Below are positions 8,480 to 17,342 of a stretch of 64,000 nt of DNA, in pieces; position 1 is the stretch's first letter, and every line of letters begins with the position of its first letter. Location: positions 6,616 to 70,615 of IMG/VR virus record IMGVR_UViG_3300035681_000018. One strand, given 5' to 3'. A model generated the notes under the pieces. It worked only from the letters and a program-made list of their open reading frames with translations. It did not search any database and was not told the origin of the DNA. This DNA is from a virus. Position numbers and translations under genes: made by a program.

Positions 8480-9238
8480 ATGAAACTTCTCAAGTTTTCC
8501 ACAGGTAACGGCAAGCTCAAGAACCGTCTGATCTTCAACATCCCAGCGGGCTATGCATGTCCACACGCTGGTGTCTGTAAAACCATGGCTGATCGTGTCA
8601 CTGGCAAGATCATGGACCTACCTCAGTTCACTGGCACAGAAGCAGATGAGTATCGTTGCTTTGCTGCCATGGCAGAGACCAGGCCGACCGTACGTGAAGC
8701 TCGTTGGCACAACTGGGATCTGTTGCGTGAGACCATGCATATGAATGGGAATCAAGCCATGCTTTTGCGTGATCTGATCGACCTATCACTCTCGATGCAG
8801 CCATCGAAGAAGCTGCTTCGGATCCATGAGTCAGGTGACTTCTGGACTGAGAACTACATGCGTGCTTGGATCATGGTCGCACAAGAGCGTCCTAAACAAA
8901 CCTTCTACGCATACACCAAGTCGCTTGGCATGTGGCTAAACCTTAAGGACATCATCCCATCTAACTTCTATCTCACTGCGTCGCAAGGTGGGACTCTCGA
9001 CTATTTGATCCCCAAGTACCCTGAAGTGTTCCAGCGCATTGCTCATGTGGTCTACACAGAAGAGGAAGCGCAAGAGCGTGGGCTAAAGATCGATCACGAC
9101 GACAGCCATTGCCTTGGTGACAAGCCGTTCGCACTCTTGGTTCATGGCTCGCAACGTGCTGGATCTGATGCCATGAAAGCCTTAACGCAACGGAAGAAAG
9201 AAGGTAAGTTCGTAGGTTACGGTAAGTCACAAAGGTAG
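8480..9238 (+). CDS. GP88-like (radical-SAM-related) phage protein
   Basis: GNGKL..F.IPAG.ACP.AG.C...CFA, RIHESGDF, FYAYTKS motifs. Confidence 0.7.
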   Translation: MKLLKFSTGNGKLKNRLIFNIPAGYACPHAGVCKTMADRVTGKIMDLPQFTGTEADEYRCFAAMAETRPTVREARWHNWDLLRETMHMNGNQAMLLRDLIDLSLSMQPSKKLLRIHESGDFWTENYMRAWIMVAQERPKQTFYAYTKSLGMWLNLKDIIPSNFYLTASQGGTLDYLIPKYPEVFQRIAHVVYTEEEAQERGLKIDHDDSHCLGDKPFALLVHGSQRAGSDAMKALTQRKKEGKFVGYGKSQR

Positions 9239-9285
9239 TTATCACGATAAGACCTGGTACCATATGCCTGGTCTTATCCTGCTCA

Positions 9286-9519
9286 ATGGCTTACATCATT
9301 AGTACGTTGGTGGATGGTGTGCCACACGCCATCCATGCCAATAGTTCCGACTCCAAGTTTGAACTGTTAGCTTTGGATTCTGCTAGTTCACTTAGTAGAA
9401 TTTACTCCCATCCTTATCGGGCTGGTGCTTATCAAGTTCTAAGTTGGATCCTGGACAATGAACCCACACTCTCCTGTTATGAGCTCCAGGTTTCCGATGA
9501 AGCCCGGTTCCAAAAATGA
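9286..9519 (+). CDS. hypothetical protein
   Basis: 77-aa ORF preceded by a hairpin at ~9247-9277. Confidence 0.6.
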   Translation: MAYIISTLVDGVPHAIHANSSDSKFELLALDSASSLSRIYSHPYRAGAYQVLSWILDNEPTLSCYELQVSDEARFQK

Positions 9520-11320
9520 ATCTTGGTTAGTCTTTGATATTGAAACCGATGGCCTCTACGATAAAGTCACGAAAGTTTTTTGTATTGTTATCTACGATAT
9601 CAACCGAGAAGAAACTTTTGCTTATGGGCCTGATCGCATTGATGATGCTCTTGCTCATCTGGCAACCGGTGATGTACTTATTGGTCACAATGTGATCTTC
9701 TACGACGTACCGGTTCTGCAAAAACTACATTCATTCAACTGCAAAGCACGCATCCTTGACACACTCATCTGCACACGACTCATCTGGCCCAAGGAAAAAC
9801 TCTACGACCTTGACGTACAACTCTATCCGGAAGTTCCGAAGAACTACCGCGGGATGGCCGGTCTTAAAGCCTGGGGTTACCGCCTCTCCGATAACAAGAT
9901 TGAGTTCAAAGATTTCTCAGAGTACTCAGAAGAAATGCTTGTCTATTGCAAGCAAGACGTCTCGGTTACTTCAAAACTTTGGAGGCATATCGCCAACCAA
10001 GGTTATCCAGAGCAGGCTCTCAAACTTGAACACGACTTTGCTCTTGCCATTAATAAGCAAATTAGAGCAGGTGTTCCTTTTGATGTGGATGCAGCTATTG
10101 ATCTTGTGGATAATCTCCGAGCAAGAGAAGCACAGCTTGAAGCGGAACTAAAAGAAATTTTTCCGCCAATCGAACATCGCAATTGGTTTACTCCTAAGGT
10201 CAACAATAAAAATCGTGGCTATGTCAAAGGAGTACCTTTTGAAAAGATCCATTACGAAGAATTCAATCCTGGATCTCGTGATCAAATTGCTGATCGACTC
10301 AAGGCTAAGTACGGATGGCAACCAGAAAAGACAACTGAAAAAGGAAATCCAATCCTTAATGATGAAGTGTTAGAGGCATTGCCTTACCCAGAAGCCAAGC
10401 CTCTGGCAGAATACATGCTCATCAAGAAACGCCTTGGTCAAATTGCAGATGGCAACAACGCTTGGCTCAAGCTGGTTAATAATGATAGCAGTCGTATGCA
10501 CGGTGACGTTGTTACTAACGGCTGCGTCACTGGTCGTTGTGCTCACCGATACCCAAATATGGGTCAGGTGCCAGCGGGCTATTCGCCATATGGCAAAGAA
10601 TGTCGTTCTTTATTTCATGCACCACAAGGATGGGACATGATTGGTATTGATGCCAAAGCATTGGAGCTACGGTGTCTTGCTGGTTACCTTGCCATCTATG
10701 ACGGTGGTGAGTATGCACGTGTCGTCACTGATCCAACAATTGACATTCACGTGTACAACCAAGAGCGTTTTGGTGTGGCTACCAGGGACATCAGTAAACG
10801 TTTACTGTATGCCGTGTTGTATGGCGCTGGTCACCTCAAGGCTGGCAGCATTGTGGATCCGAATGAAAAAGATGAAGAAGTTCTGCGTAAACTAGGAAGA
10901 ACTGCAATAAATTCATTCATGGCTGAGGTGCCAGCCTTGAAAGAACTTAAGGAACGTATTGAATCTCAGATTGCAAACAATGATTGTCTCATTGGATTAG
11001 ATCGCCGTATTCTTTATTGTCGTTCGGCATTCAAAGGATTGAATGTTTTATTGCAATCAGCAGGTGCAATCCTCATGAAGCAAGTTGTTATTAACATTCA
11101 TGACAACATTGAGTCTGCCCTCACTCTGCCCCATGGGGCAGAGTGGGAACAAGTCTTGATGGTTCATGACGAAGTGCAACTGGTTTGTAGTCCCAAACAC
11201 ACTGAACAGATCAGAGCCCAAGCGTTGGCAGCTTTCCCACAAGCACAGCAATTCTTTGGATTTCTCTGTGACATCGAGGGAGATTCTCGTGTAGGATCCA
11301 ACTGGAGCCAAACGCACTAA
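9497..11320 (+). CDS. polA: DNA polymerase family A (T7-like) with 3'-5' exonuclease
   Basis: FDIETDG ExoI, GHNVIFYD ExoII, DAKALELR motif A, KRLLYAVLYG motif B, VHDE motif C. Confidence 0.95.
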   Translation: MKPGSKNESWLVFDIETDGLYDKVTKVFCIVIYDINREETFAYGPDRIDDALAHLATGDVLIGHNVIFYDVPVLQKLHSFNCKARILDTLICTRLIWPKEKLYDLDVQLYPEVPKNYRGMAGLKAWGYRLSDNKIEFKDFSEYSEEMLVYCKQDVSVTSKLWRHIANQGYPEQALKLEHDFALAINKQIRAGVPFDVDAAIDLVDNLRAREAQLEAELKEIFPPIEHRNWFTPKVNNKNRGYVKGVPFEKIHYEEFNPGSRDQIADRLKAKYGWQPEKTTEKGNPILNDEVLEALPYPEAKPLAEYMLIKKRLGQIADGNNAWLKLVNNDSSRMHGDVVTNGCVTGRCAHRYPNMGQVPAGYSPYGKECRSLFHAPQGWDMIGIDAKALELRCLAGYLAIYDGGEYARVVTDPTIDIHVYNQERFGVATRDISKRLLYAVLYGAGHLKAGSIVDPNEKDEEVLRKLGRTAINSFMAEVPALKELKERIESQIANNDCLIGLDRRILYCRSAFKGLNVLLQSAGAILMKQVVINIHDNIESALTLPHGAEWEQVLMVHDEVQLVCSPKHTEQIRAQALAAFPQAQQFFGFLCDIEGDSRVGSNWSQTH

Positions 11321-11322
11321 CC

Positions 11323-11517
11323 ATGGAATTAGGAACAAAGGAACTAGAAACAAAAAGGTTCATTCAAGTAAAGCCAACAACTTTAAAAGTTGTTTGCCCT
11401 ATACATGGAGAACATGATCAATATATTAAAAGCACAATCGAAGGTCATGAAGGTTATTGGTGCATGATCTGTTGGCTTGAAAGCCTTGGCGATCCAATCC
11501 CAACTATTAAAGAATGA
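11323..11517 (+). CDS. small Zn-finger-like protein
   Basis: CPIHG...WCMICW. Confidence 0.55.
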   Translation: MELGTKELETKRFIQVKPTTLKVVCPIHGEHDQYIKSTIEGHEGYWCMICWLESLGDPIPTIKE

Positions 11518-11522
11518 TTTCT

Positions 11523-11550
11523 CGTCCTAAGTATGACGCTAAACTACTTA
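11523..11550 (+). ncRNA. H-type pseudoknot motif A, copy 2
   Basis: CGTC-C-TAAGTA-T-GACG-CTAAAC-TACTTA. Confidence 0.75.
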
Positions 11551-11569
11551 TCACCTACTGTTTGAACAC

Positions 11570-12370
11570 ATGAACTTTGTTACAGTTTGCGCTCAACTCA
11601 ACGACACACCTCGCGAAGTTTATACTTCTGCCACGTCAAGCAACTATGTTGCAGAGGTAATGCTTCCTCCTGTAGGAAAAAATAAATCTGCAACATCTCT
11701 TGCTCTTCATGTTTACGGCAAGGCTGCTGAGAAATTCAGGATGCTTGATCGTGGTGCTCGTCTGTATGTACACGGTTCAAAGATCCGTTACGACATTGAT
11801 GCCAAGGCATACTCACTGCACGGCGGTGTTATTGCAGTTGTTAATGATTCGTTTCCAATCTTTAACGATGTGATTCTTACTGGTCGTTGCATTAAAGACA
11901 TCGATCAAGAAGATGCACGTGCGTTCAAGACAACACCAGATGGTTTGATGATTGCCAATCAAACCATCTCAGTTAATACTGGTCGGAACCAAGGAGACTT
12001 GTTCAACTTCTATGCAATTAATAGCAAGGATGACAAGTTAAATAACGCTGAGTTGATGGTCAACTTTACGCGGAAAGGAACTGGGCTTACTATCCGTGGC
12101 CGTCTTGTTACCGATGCATGGACTGATAAAGAAACGCAACAACGCCGGACACTGACCAAGATCCAGCTTGTGCAGATGACCTTGGCGCCAAAGCCTGGCG
12201 TCAACGAGCCAAAGCCCGTAGCGTCCCAGACGACGGTTGCTTCCTCTGATAATGTTGCTACACTGTGGGGCGGCAAGACTGCCGAAGACTCCTTCAGTCA
12301 AGGGCTGCCTGATCTCCCTGGTCAGTATGGACCAGCTCCTGAGCCTACTCCTGAATTCATTCCGTTCTGA
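11570..12370 (+). CDS. ssb: single-stranded DNA-binding protein with two tandem OB folds
   Basis: NDVILTGR, KGTGLTIRGRLVTDAWTDKET; C-terminal IPF tail; N-half also SSB-like. Confidence 0.75.
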   Translation: MNFVTVCAQLNDTPREVYTSATSSNYVAEVMLPPVGKNKSATSLALHVYGKAAEKFRMLDRGARLYVHGSKIRYDIDAKAYSLHGGVIAVVNDSFPIFNDVILTGRCIKDIDQEDARAFKTTPDGLMIANQTISVNTGRNQGDLFNFYAINSKDDKLNNAELMVNFTRKGTGLTIRGRLVTDAWTDKETQQRRTLTKIQLVQMTLAPKPGVNEPKPVASQTTVASSDNVATLWGGKTAEDSFSQGLPDLPGQYGPAPEPTPEFIPF

Positions 12371-12373
12371 TTC

Positions 12374-12604
12374 ATGCCTCTTCAACTTGATTTACAAGAA
12401 CAAGATCTTCTTTCTTTAGAAGACGCTATTGCGTACGAATTTTTTATGGAGAGTGCATACGAAATTATGCACAGTGCTAATGAAAAGGATTTAGACATTG
12501 CTGAACAAGTTGCAAAACTTGCTACAGCCTCCTATCTAATTGCGCACATTTTTTGCGAAGCACGTTTAGTTAACTCACAACAAACTAATGACACCGACGC
12601 ATGA
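12374..12604 (+). CDS. hypothetical protein
   Basis: 76-aa ORF. Confidence 0.6.
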   Translation: MPLQLDLQEQDLLSLEDAIAYEFFMESAYEIMHSANEKDLDIAEQVAKLATASYLIAHIFCEARLVNSQQTNDTDA

Positions 12605-12827
12605 TCAGTTCACTCTCCTCTATGAGGATGAGCACACTAAACTTCTGTATGAATTCAAAGCTCTTGTTGCTGACGATGTAATCAATCACCTTGTGGATTT
12701 CCTCAAGGGTTGTGGCTACATGGAAAGCAGCATCTTTGAGTGCATGAAAGAATCTTCTGAGGCGTATTTCGATTCATTAAGTACTCAGCAGTACGTAATG
12801 AAATGGGACAAGCCTGATCCAGAATAA
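12588..12827 (+). CDS. hypothetical phage protein
   Basis: YEF.A...DFLKGCGY motif. Confidence 0.65.
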   Translation: MTPTHDQFTLLYEDEHTKLLYEFKALVADDVINHLVDFLKGCGYMESSIFECMKESSEAYFDSLSTQQYVMKWDKPDPE

Positions 12828-12832
12828 GGATC

Positions 12833-12860
12833 CGTCCTGAGCATGACGTTAAACTGCTCA
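12833..12860 (+). ncRNA. H-type pseudoknot motif A, copy 3
   Basis: CGTC-C-TGAGCA-T-GACG-TTAAAC-TGCTCA. Confidence 0.75.
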
Positions 12861-12880
12861 CTCCTGACTACGAAACAACC

Positions 12881-13897
12881 ATGACTGCTTCCATGACCAC
12901 CAAGAAAACTTCTGCGCTTACATCCAGGGGACTTGATTCCTTTAAGCTTTTTCAATCCAAAGAATTTGTTTCGGGTTACCAAAACCTTGTCACAATCCAA
13001 CCTCTCAACAAGTCCAAGACACGAGGTTGGTTCGTGCGGAAGTCAGATCTGGACACTTGTGGATGGAGTGCCACTGAAGATCAGTTTGCTAAAGATTCAG
13101 TTATCTGGAACTACAAGCAAACTTTTGGTATGGCTCCCAACACTTCAGTTGAAGAAGGACTCAATTTTGTTGAGCCTCGAGTTCAAATCCTTTTACGTTC
13201 TCCCCTCATGGTTGAGGAAACCACAGGGATGAGGCAAACGATCGGAACCTTTGAAGATCCAGAGGTGAAGATCATGTTTGAAAACGACAAGATTGCATCC
13301 GACCTTGCCAACAGCAAGGGCGAGATGTACAAGCGTAAGTACAGTGTACGTACAAAGTACCTGGTGTACATCCTGACCCAGGACAACAAGCGTGCTCATA
13401 AGATCCCCATGGTGCTAACACTCAAGGGTCTTAACGGCACTGATGTTTCCGACAAGGTCAAACTGTACGAAAAGGAAATGTCTAAGTGCCTGAGCAAGGC
13501 ACTGGACTCTGAGGTACCGCTGGCATTCAACGAGAAGTTCTACGCCACTACGGTGTTTACTCCCGTCCTTGCCAACGAAATGCGTGGCGCCAACAACGTA
13601 GAGATTTGCGCCATCGAATCTTTTGACATCCCTGACTACAGCTCCCAAGAGGAAGCGGTTGCATCATTGGGCCGTCTTTCGATTCCTGATGAAGATCGTG
13701 AATCGACTTGGAAGTACCAAGAGATGTTTAATGATTACATTAATCAACATTCTCGGCAAGATGCACAACGTCTTGGTGGTGCCTATGGAATCAAGGCTGG
13801 CGTTGAGATTCTTCCCGTCTCACGCATCGCAGATGCAGTTGATGTGAAAGCATTGCCTGCACGCAATGAACTAACCGGAGAAGATCTTAGCCTTTGA
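12881..13897 (+). CDS. conserved cyanobacterial/phage protein, DUF5895-like, possibly ssDNA binding or annealing
   Basis: PRVQILLRSPL, YLVYILTQDNKRAHKIPMVLTLKG; lies in replication module. Confidence 0.5.
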   Translation: MTASMTTKKTSALTSRGLDSFKLFQSKEFVSGYQNLVTIQPLNKSKTRGWFVRKSDLDTCGWSATEDQFAKDSVIWNYKQTFGMAPNTSVEEGLNFVEPRVQILLRSPLMVEETTGMRQTIGTFEDPEVKIMFENDKIASDLANSKGEMYKRKYSVRTKYLVYILTQDNKRAHKIPMVLTLKGLNGTDVSDKVKLYEKEMSKCLSKALDSEVPLAFNEKFYATTVFTPVLANEMRGANNVEICAIESFDIPDYSSQEEAVASLGRLSIPDEDRESTWKYQEMFNDYINQHSRQDAQRLGGAYGIKAGVEILPVSRIADAVDVKALPARNELTGEDLSL

Positions 13898-14126
13898 GGC
13901 GGTTCAAGATGTCATGGTCAACTTGATTACTCATCAAGTCCATGGCATCCTTTACTAATCCTTTAATAGCAACTTGACGCATCGTGGCGATCTTCGTTAG
14001 TAAGGTCGCCATTTCTTTTAGCTCACTCATTGAACTGCATTCTTTAATGGAACGTATCATCTTCTCTTGCCAGAAGGCTTCTTCTGGCCCCATTTCAAAT
14101 TGCAACATGGGATTCAATTGTTTCAA
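13887..14126 (-). CDS. NblA-like protein (divergent)
   Basis: MGPEEAFWQEKMIRSI...ELKEMATLL...RQVAIKGLV two-helix pattern; alternative start ATG 14108. Confidence 0.45.
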   Translation of the reverse strand: MKQLNPMLQFEMGPEEAFWQEKMIRSIKECSSMSELKEMATLLTKIATMRQVAIKGLVKDAMDLMSNQVDHDILNRLKG

Positions 14127-14186
14127 CGTATTATAACTACGACGTAAACTTAATTAAACCTTTCGTTTGTGTTAGGGATTCAACAC

Positions 14187-14375
14187 ATGAAACCAGAAGA
14201 CAAAGCTGCTCTTACCGTTGGTGCTCAAACTGCATTGGTGACAGCCGCTGCTGCTATCCTTCTGCCCAACCCAGTCTCCTGGGCGGCTGCTATAGTGGCA
14301 ACGTACCGCATGGCCAAGCGTGCTCGCATCCAATCTCTGATTGACCAAGGGCAAGCCAAGTACTGGAGGGGGTAA
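14187..14375 (+). CDS. small hydrophobic protein
   Basis: 62-aa ORF with Ala-rich helix. Confidence 0.55.
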   Translation: MKPEDKAALTVGAQTALVTAAAAILLPNPVSWAAAIVATYRMAKRARIQSLIDQGQAKYWRG

Positions 14376-14411
14376 CCACCTGGTACAACACACCAACTCA
14401 ATTCAAATCAA

Positions 14412-15344
14412 ATGCAAACACAAGTTGAGCTTAATGCAGCGCAAGCTGCAATCTATACACGCACAAATCTCTCGCGTGCCTTTCAGGACTTTGATGACAC
14501 CGACATTGGTGGCATCTATTTGCGAGGCGATGATTGTCTTGTGGTGCGTCGCGATGGTAGCGAGCAAGCTTACAACAGGGAACTAATCAAGACTTTCTTT
14601 AACACTTACACCCACCGTCTTAAAGATTTCTTTTCCTATCTTGGTCCCAATTATCGTGGCCCTAGTGTATGGCACAACAATGCTTACATTCTTTTTAAGG
14701 GCTGGAACTACTCGCACTCGCTCGGACATCTAAGTTCTAATGCAAAACTACAAGCGCACTGGGCTGACAAATTTATACATGTATCAAACACCGACAAAGT
14801 CTTGCACCTCCTCCAGTCCGATCAAACGGATATTGGACATTTGGTTGCGCCAGACGGATTGCGGCTTCCGAATCGGCCCATTGACATTGACGGTGACATG
14901 GAAGCTGACGACTCCGAGCCTGTCATGGGTGAACCTTGGTGTTCGTGTGGGTCGTATCAGCGTCAGCTCAGCAACGTATCTGACTTTGCGGCCGAGATCG
15001 AAGGATTCAAACCCTGGTGCATCCACCTGAGTTGGTTCAATAAGTACCGTGAGCTGCTGTGCAAGCGCACCGAAGCACGGAATGCCAGCCCCAGTGGTAC
15101 ACCTGAGAAGTGTGTTGCTTGGTGGTACGCACCACCCGCTGACCACATCAGTGATGGACGCTTTGTATTGTTGTATACAAATTCAGGAGCACAAGCTCCG
15201 CTGACACATTGGCGTACCTACAAACCGAAGGAGATCTTTACGCAGTATGATGCATGGGATCTGTTTTTCAATATGATGGAGGCTGGGTATGTACCATTTC
15301 CTGGTACTGCCTTGCCACAACTCAAGTCTGCTATCAAAAAATGA
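14412..15344 (+). CDS. SWIM-type Zn-finger protein
   Basis: WCSCGSY...WCIHL (CxC...CxH). Confidence 0.65.
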   Translation: MQTQVELNAAQAAIYTRTNLSRAFQDFDDTDIGGIYLRGDDCLVVRRDGSEQAYNRELIKTFFNTYTHRLKDFFSYLGPNYRGPSVWHNNAYILFKGWNYSHSLGHLSSNAKLQAHWADKFIHVSNTDKVLHLLQSDQTDIGHLVAPDGLRLPNRPIDIDGDMEADDSEPVMGEPWCSCGSYQRQLSNVSDFAAEIEGFKPWCIHLSWFNKYRELLCKRTEARNASPSGTPEKCVAWWYAPPADHISDGRFVLLYTNSGAQAPLTHWRTYKPKEIFTQYDAWDLFFNMMEAGYVPFPGTALPQLKSAIKK

Positions 15345-15571
15345 AGGAGGCAATCATTGAAGTCAGCCATGACATTCTTGAATACGCACGTCAACTTGCA
15401 ACTCAACCTCTCATGACAAAACCTACGCGTTACGATCTCGATCTCCCAGAAGACACACACTGGGAGCTTGTAAAGTTAGCTGCTGAACTTAAGATGCATC
15501 ATGAAGACTACGCACTAAACGTACTAATTGGTCATGTCGAATCTGAGTTGGATCGAAAAGTTCAAGCTTGA
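15341..15571 (+). CDS. ribbon-helix-helix-like protein
   Basis: RYDLDLPEDTHWELVKLAAE pattern. Confidence 0.5.
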   Translation: MKEAIIEVSHDILEYARQLATQPLMTKPTRYDLDLPEDTHWELVKLAAELKMHHEDYALNVLIGHVESELDRKVQA

Positions 15572-15752
15572 ATGCATTGACGAAGAGGATGGCACCATGA
15601 CTATCCACATCGAGTGGGATGAGAATGATCCTGAACTTGCCTATTGGACTTCTTTGGGTCCACAAGGTCAAGAAGAATTTATTTTGACTGCACTACGAGA
15701 GGCTTGTGCCCCTTACACTGACACCGAAGTTTTTGATGATCATGTCGATTGA
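15534..15752 (+). CDS. hypothetical protein
   Basis: EDGTMTIHIEWDENDP motif. Confidence 0.6.
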   Translation: MSNLSWIEKFKLECIDEEDGTMTIHIEWDENDPELAYWTSLGPQGQEEFILTALREACAPYTDTEVFDDHVD

Positions 15753-16158
15753 CACCTACGGCCTTTCTTCTGAGCAGTACACCGAGTTCTTCCACAAGAA
15801 CATCCGTGCTGCTGCCAAGCTTTACCTTGATACCTGCAACATTTTGAGCAGCGAAGGGGTCGGCAATGTTGACTTCAAAACTGTCTCAGAGATGTATCAA
15901 GAAGCTGTGTACACTACCAATGATGATTGCCGTCGTTACCAAAAGAGTAACAATCCTAACGCATTGAAAGAAAACGATGTGTATGGTATGGTTCCTTCTC
16001 ACCAAGAAATCATTGATATGATTGAAACTTTGGTGACATACACTGAAGCTCTTGACGCCAAGCTCCAGGCGCTAACCGACTACGTCAGTAATCTGGTCAC
16101 GATTACCACGGCAGGTCTCGAAGGGATCGCTACAACTCTTGACGATACGGTAGACTGA
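15742..16158 (+). CDS. hypothetical protein with C-terminal coiled coil
   Basis: 138-aa ORF. Confidence 0.65.
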   Translation: MSIDTYGLSSEQYTEFFHKNIRAAAKLYLDTCNILSSEGVGNVDFKTVSEMYQEAVYTTNDDCRRYQKSNNPNALKENDVYGMVPSHQEIIDMIETLVTYTEALDAKLQALTDYVSNLVTITTAGLEGIATTLDDTVD

Positions 16159-16183
16159 GCACGCATAAACCCTGCAGGGTTGC

Positions 16184-16211
16184 CGTCCTGGTCATGACGT
16201 AAAACTGACCA
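16184..16211 (+). ncRNA. H-type pseudoknot motif A, copy 4
   Basis: CGTC-C-TGGTCA-T-GACG-TAAAAC-TGACCA. Confidence 0.75.
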
Positions 16212-16230
16212 CCTATCTCAACACCACACC

Positions 16231-16344
16231 ATGTTTGAATCTTTGTTTGCCGCCGTACTTCCGGTGATGAAAGACTTGCTTTGGGCAGCGGCTGGCATAG
16301 CGTTGACCTATCTCTTCAACAAGTTTCAAACTCAATTCAACTGA
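16231..16344 (+). CDS. 37-aa membrane peptide
   Basis: MFESLFAAVLPVMKDLLWAAAGIALTYLFNKFQTQFN; 19 nt after pseudoknot; not in ORF track. Confidence 0.6.
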   Translation: MFESLFAAVLPVMKDLLWAAAGIALTYLFNKFQTQFN

Positions 16345-16347
16345 ACC

Positions 16348-17067
16348 ATGACCCAAATCACACAGGCTAAACTCAAGGACTTAACCGTTATCAAGCTCTA
16401 CGAGCACTACAATGCTCTTGAAAAATCACTGCCTTTACTTACTCCTGAGTCCCAGGAGCTGGCCAAAGCTGAGCTTGAAAGTTGTGCCCACCTACGCTCA
16501 GAAAAGATTGATCGTATCTATTACGCAATGGCGTCCCATGAGGATGCATTGGAACGCATCAAGAAAGAAGGTGACTTGATTACGCAGTCCAAGCGGCACC
16601 ACGAATCCCAGTTGCGGTCGCTGAAAGGCCTGTTAAATTACCTACGTCGAGTCCTTCCTTTAGACTCGAACAAAATCACAGGTCGCAATTATCAGTTCAC
16701 CCTTGTCCGCAAAAAAGAACTTACCGTCGAAGTCACCACGGATCCAGAGTTTTGGCACACTCAAGAGCGAGCAGATTATTGCATTGAAGAAGAAGTCACA
16801 ACAACGAAGCAAGTTGTTGTACGATCAATGTCAGGAGAAGTTCTATCCACCAGAACTGAACCTAAAACCGTCACTAAAATCCTCCCTAATCTCGATGCCA
16901 TACGCAGCGCCTATCAAGAAGGTCGGCAACTTCCAACAGGAGTCAAGGTCGTCCAAGAATACTCTGTCCGTTCCAAACGAATCTTCAGTGAACCCCGAAT
17001 GGAATTGGTTTCATCCGAGTATCCAGACGAGCTTCTACGAGAAGATCCCAGCACCGACGAATCTTGA
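16348..17067 (+). CDS. Siphovirus Gp157 / Gam-like protein
   Basis: EKIDRIYY...IKKE...L...KR.HE.QL.SLK.LL coiled coil; PNLDAIRSA...LPTGV. Confidence 0.65.
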   Translation: MTQITQAKLKDLTVIKLYEHYNALEKSLPLLTPESQELAKAELESCAHLRSEKIDRIYYAMASHEDALERIKKEGDLITQSKRHHESQLRSLKGLLNYLRRVLPLDSNKITGRNYQFTLVRKKELTVEVTTDPEFWHTQERADYCIEEEVTTTKQVVVRSMSGEVLSTRTEPKTVTKILPNLDAIRSAYQEGRQLPTGVKVVQEYSVRSKRIFSEPRMELVSSEYPDELLREDPSTDES

Positions 17068-17308
17068 AGATGCGTGCATCAAGATGGATTGTCATCTACA
17101 TGCCGTCAAAGATTTTGAATTGCAACTTGAGATGAACAAGTTGCAAATTGACATGGTCAAAGATGGTGGTGAGGTGGCACCTTATTGCATGGATGAATAC
17201 GAAGACCTAGAGCAAAAGAAGCTTAAGCTTCTTGTTGGCAAACGGTTTCATCAGAACGCATCCAATGCGTACTGGTACTACTTGCAAAAAGAAAAAGCAA
17301 GTAAGTAA
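16988..17308 (+). CDS. hypothetical protein (start uncertain, GTG 16988)
   Basis: 3' part of track ORF 16703-17308. Confidence 0.5.
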   Translation: MNPEWNWFHPSIQTSFYEKIPAPTNLEDACIKMDCHLHAVKDFELQLEMNKLQIDMVKDGGEVAPYCMDEYEDLEQKKLKLLVGKRFHQNASNAYWYYLQKEKASK

Positions 17309-17342
17309 ATGCCAGTACAATAGTTAAAGCAGTAGGAGTTCC

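Noticed and set aside
16703-16987. 5' extension of the 201-aa track ORF overlapping the Gp157-like gene
   Set aside because: The extension is compositionally shadow-like, and an in-frame GTG at 16988 gives a more plausible start.
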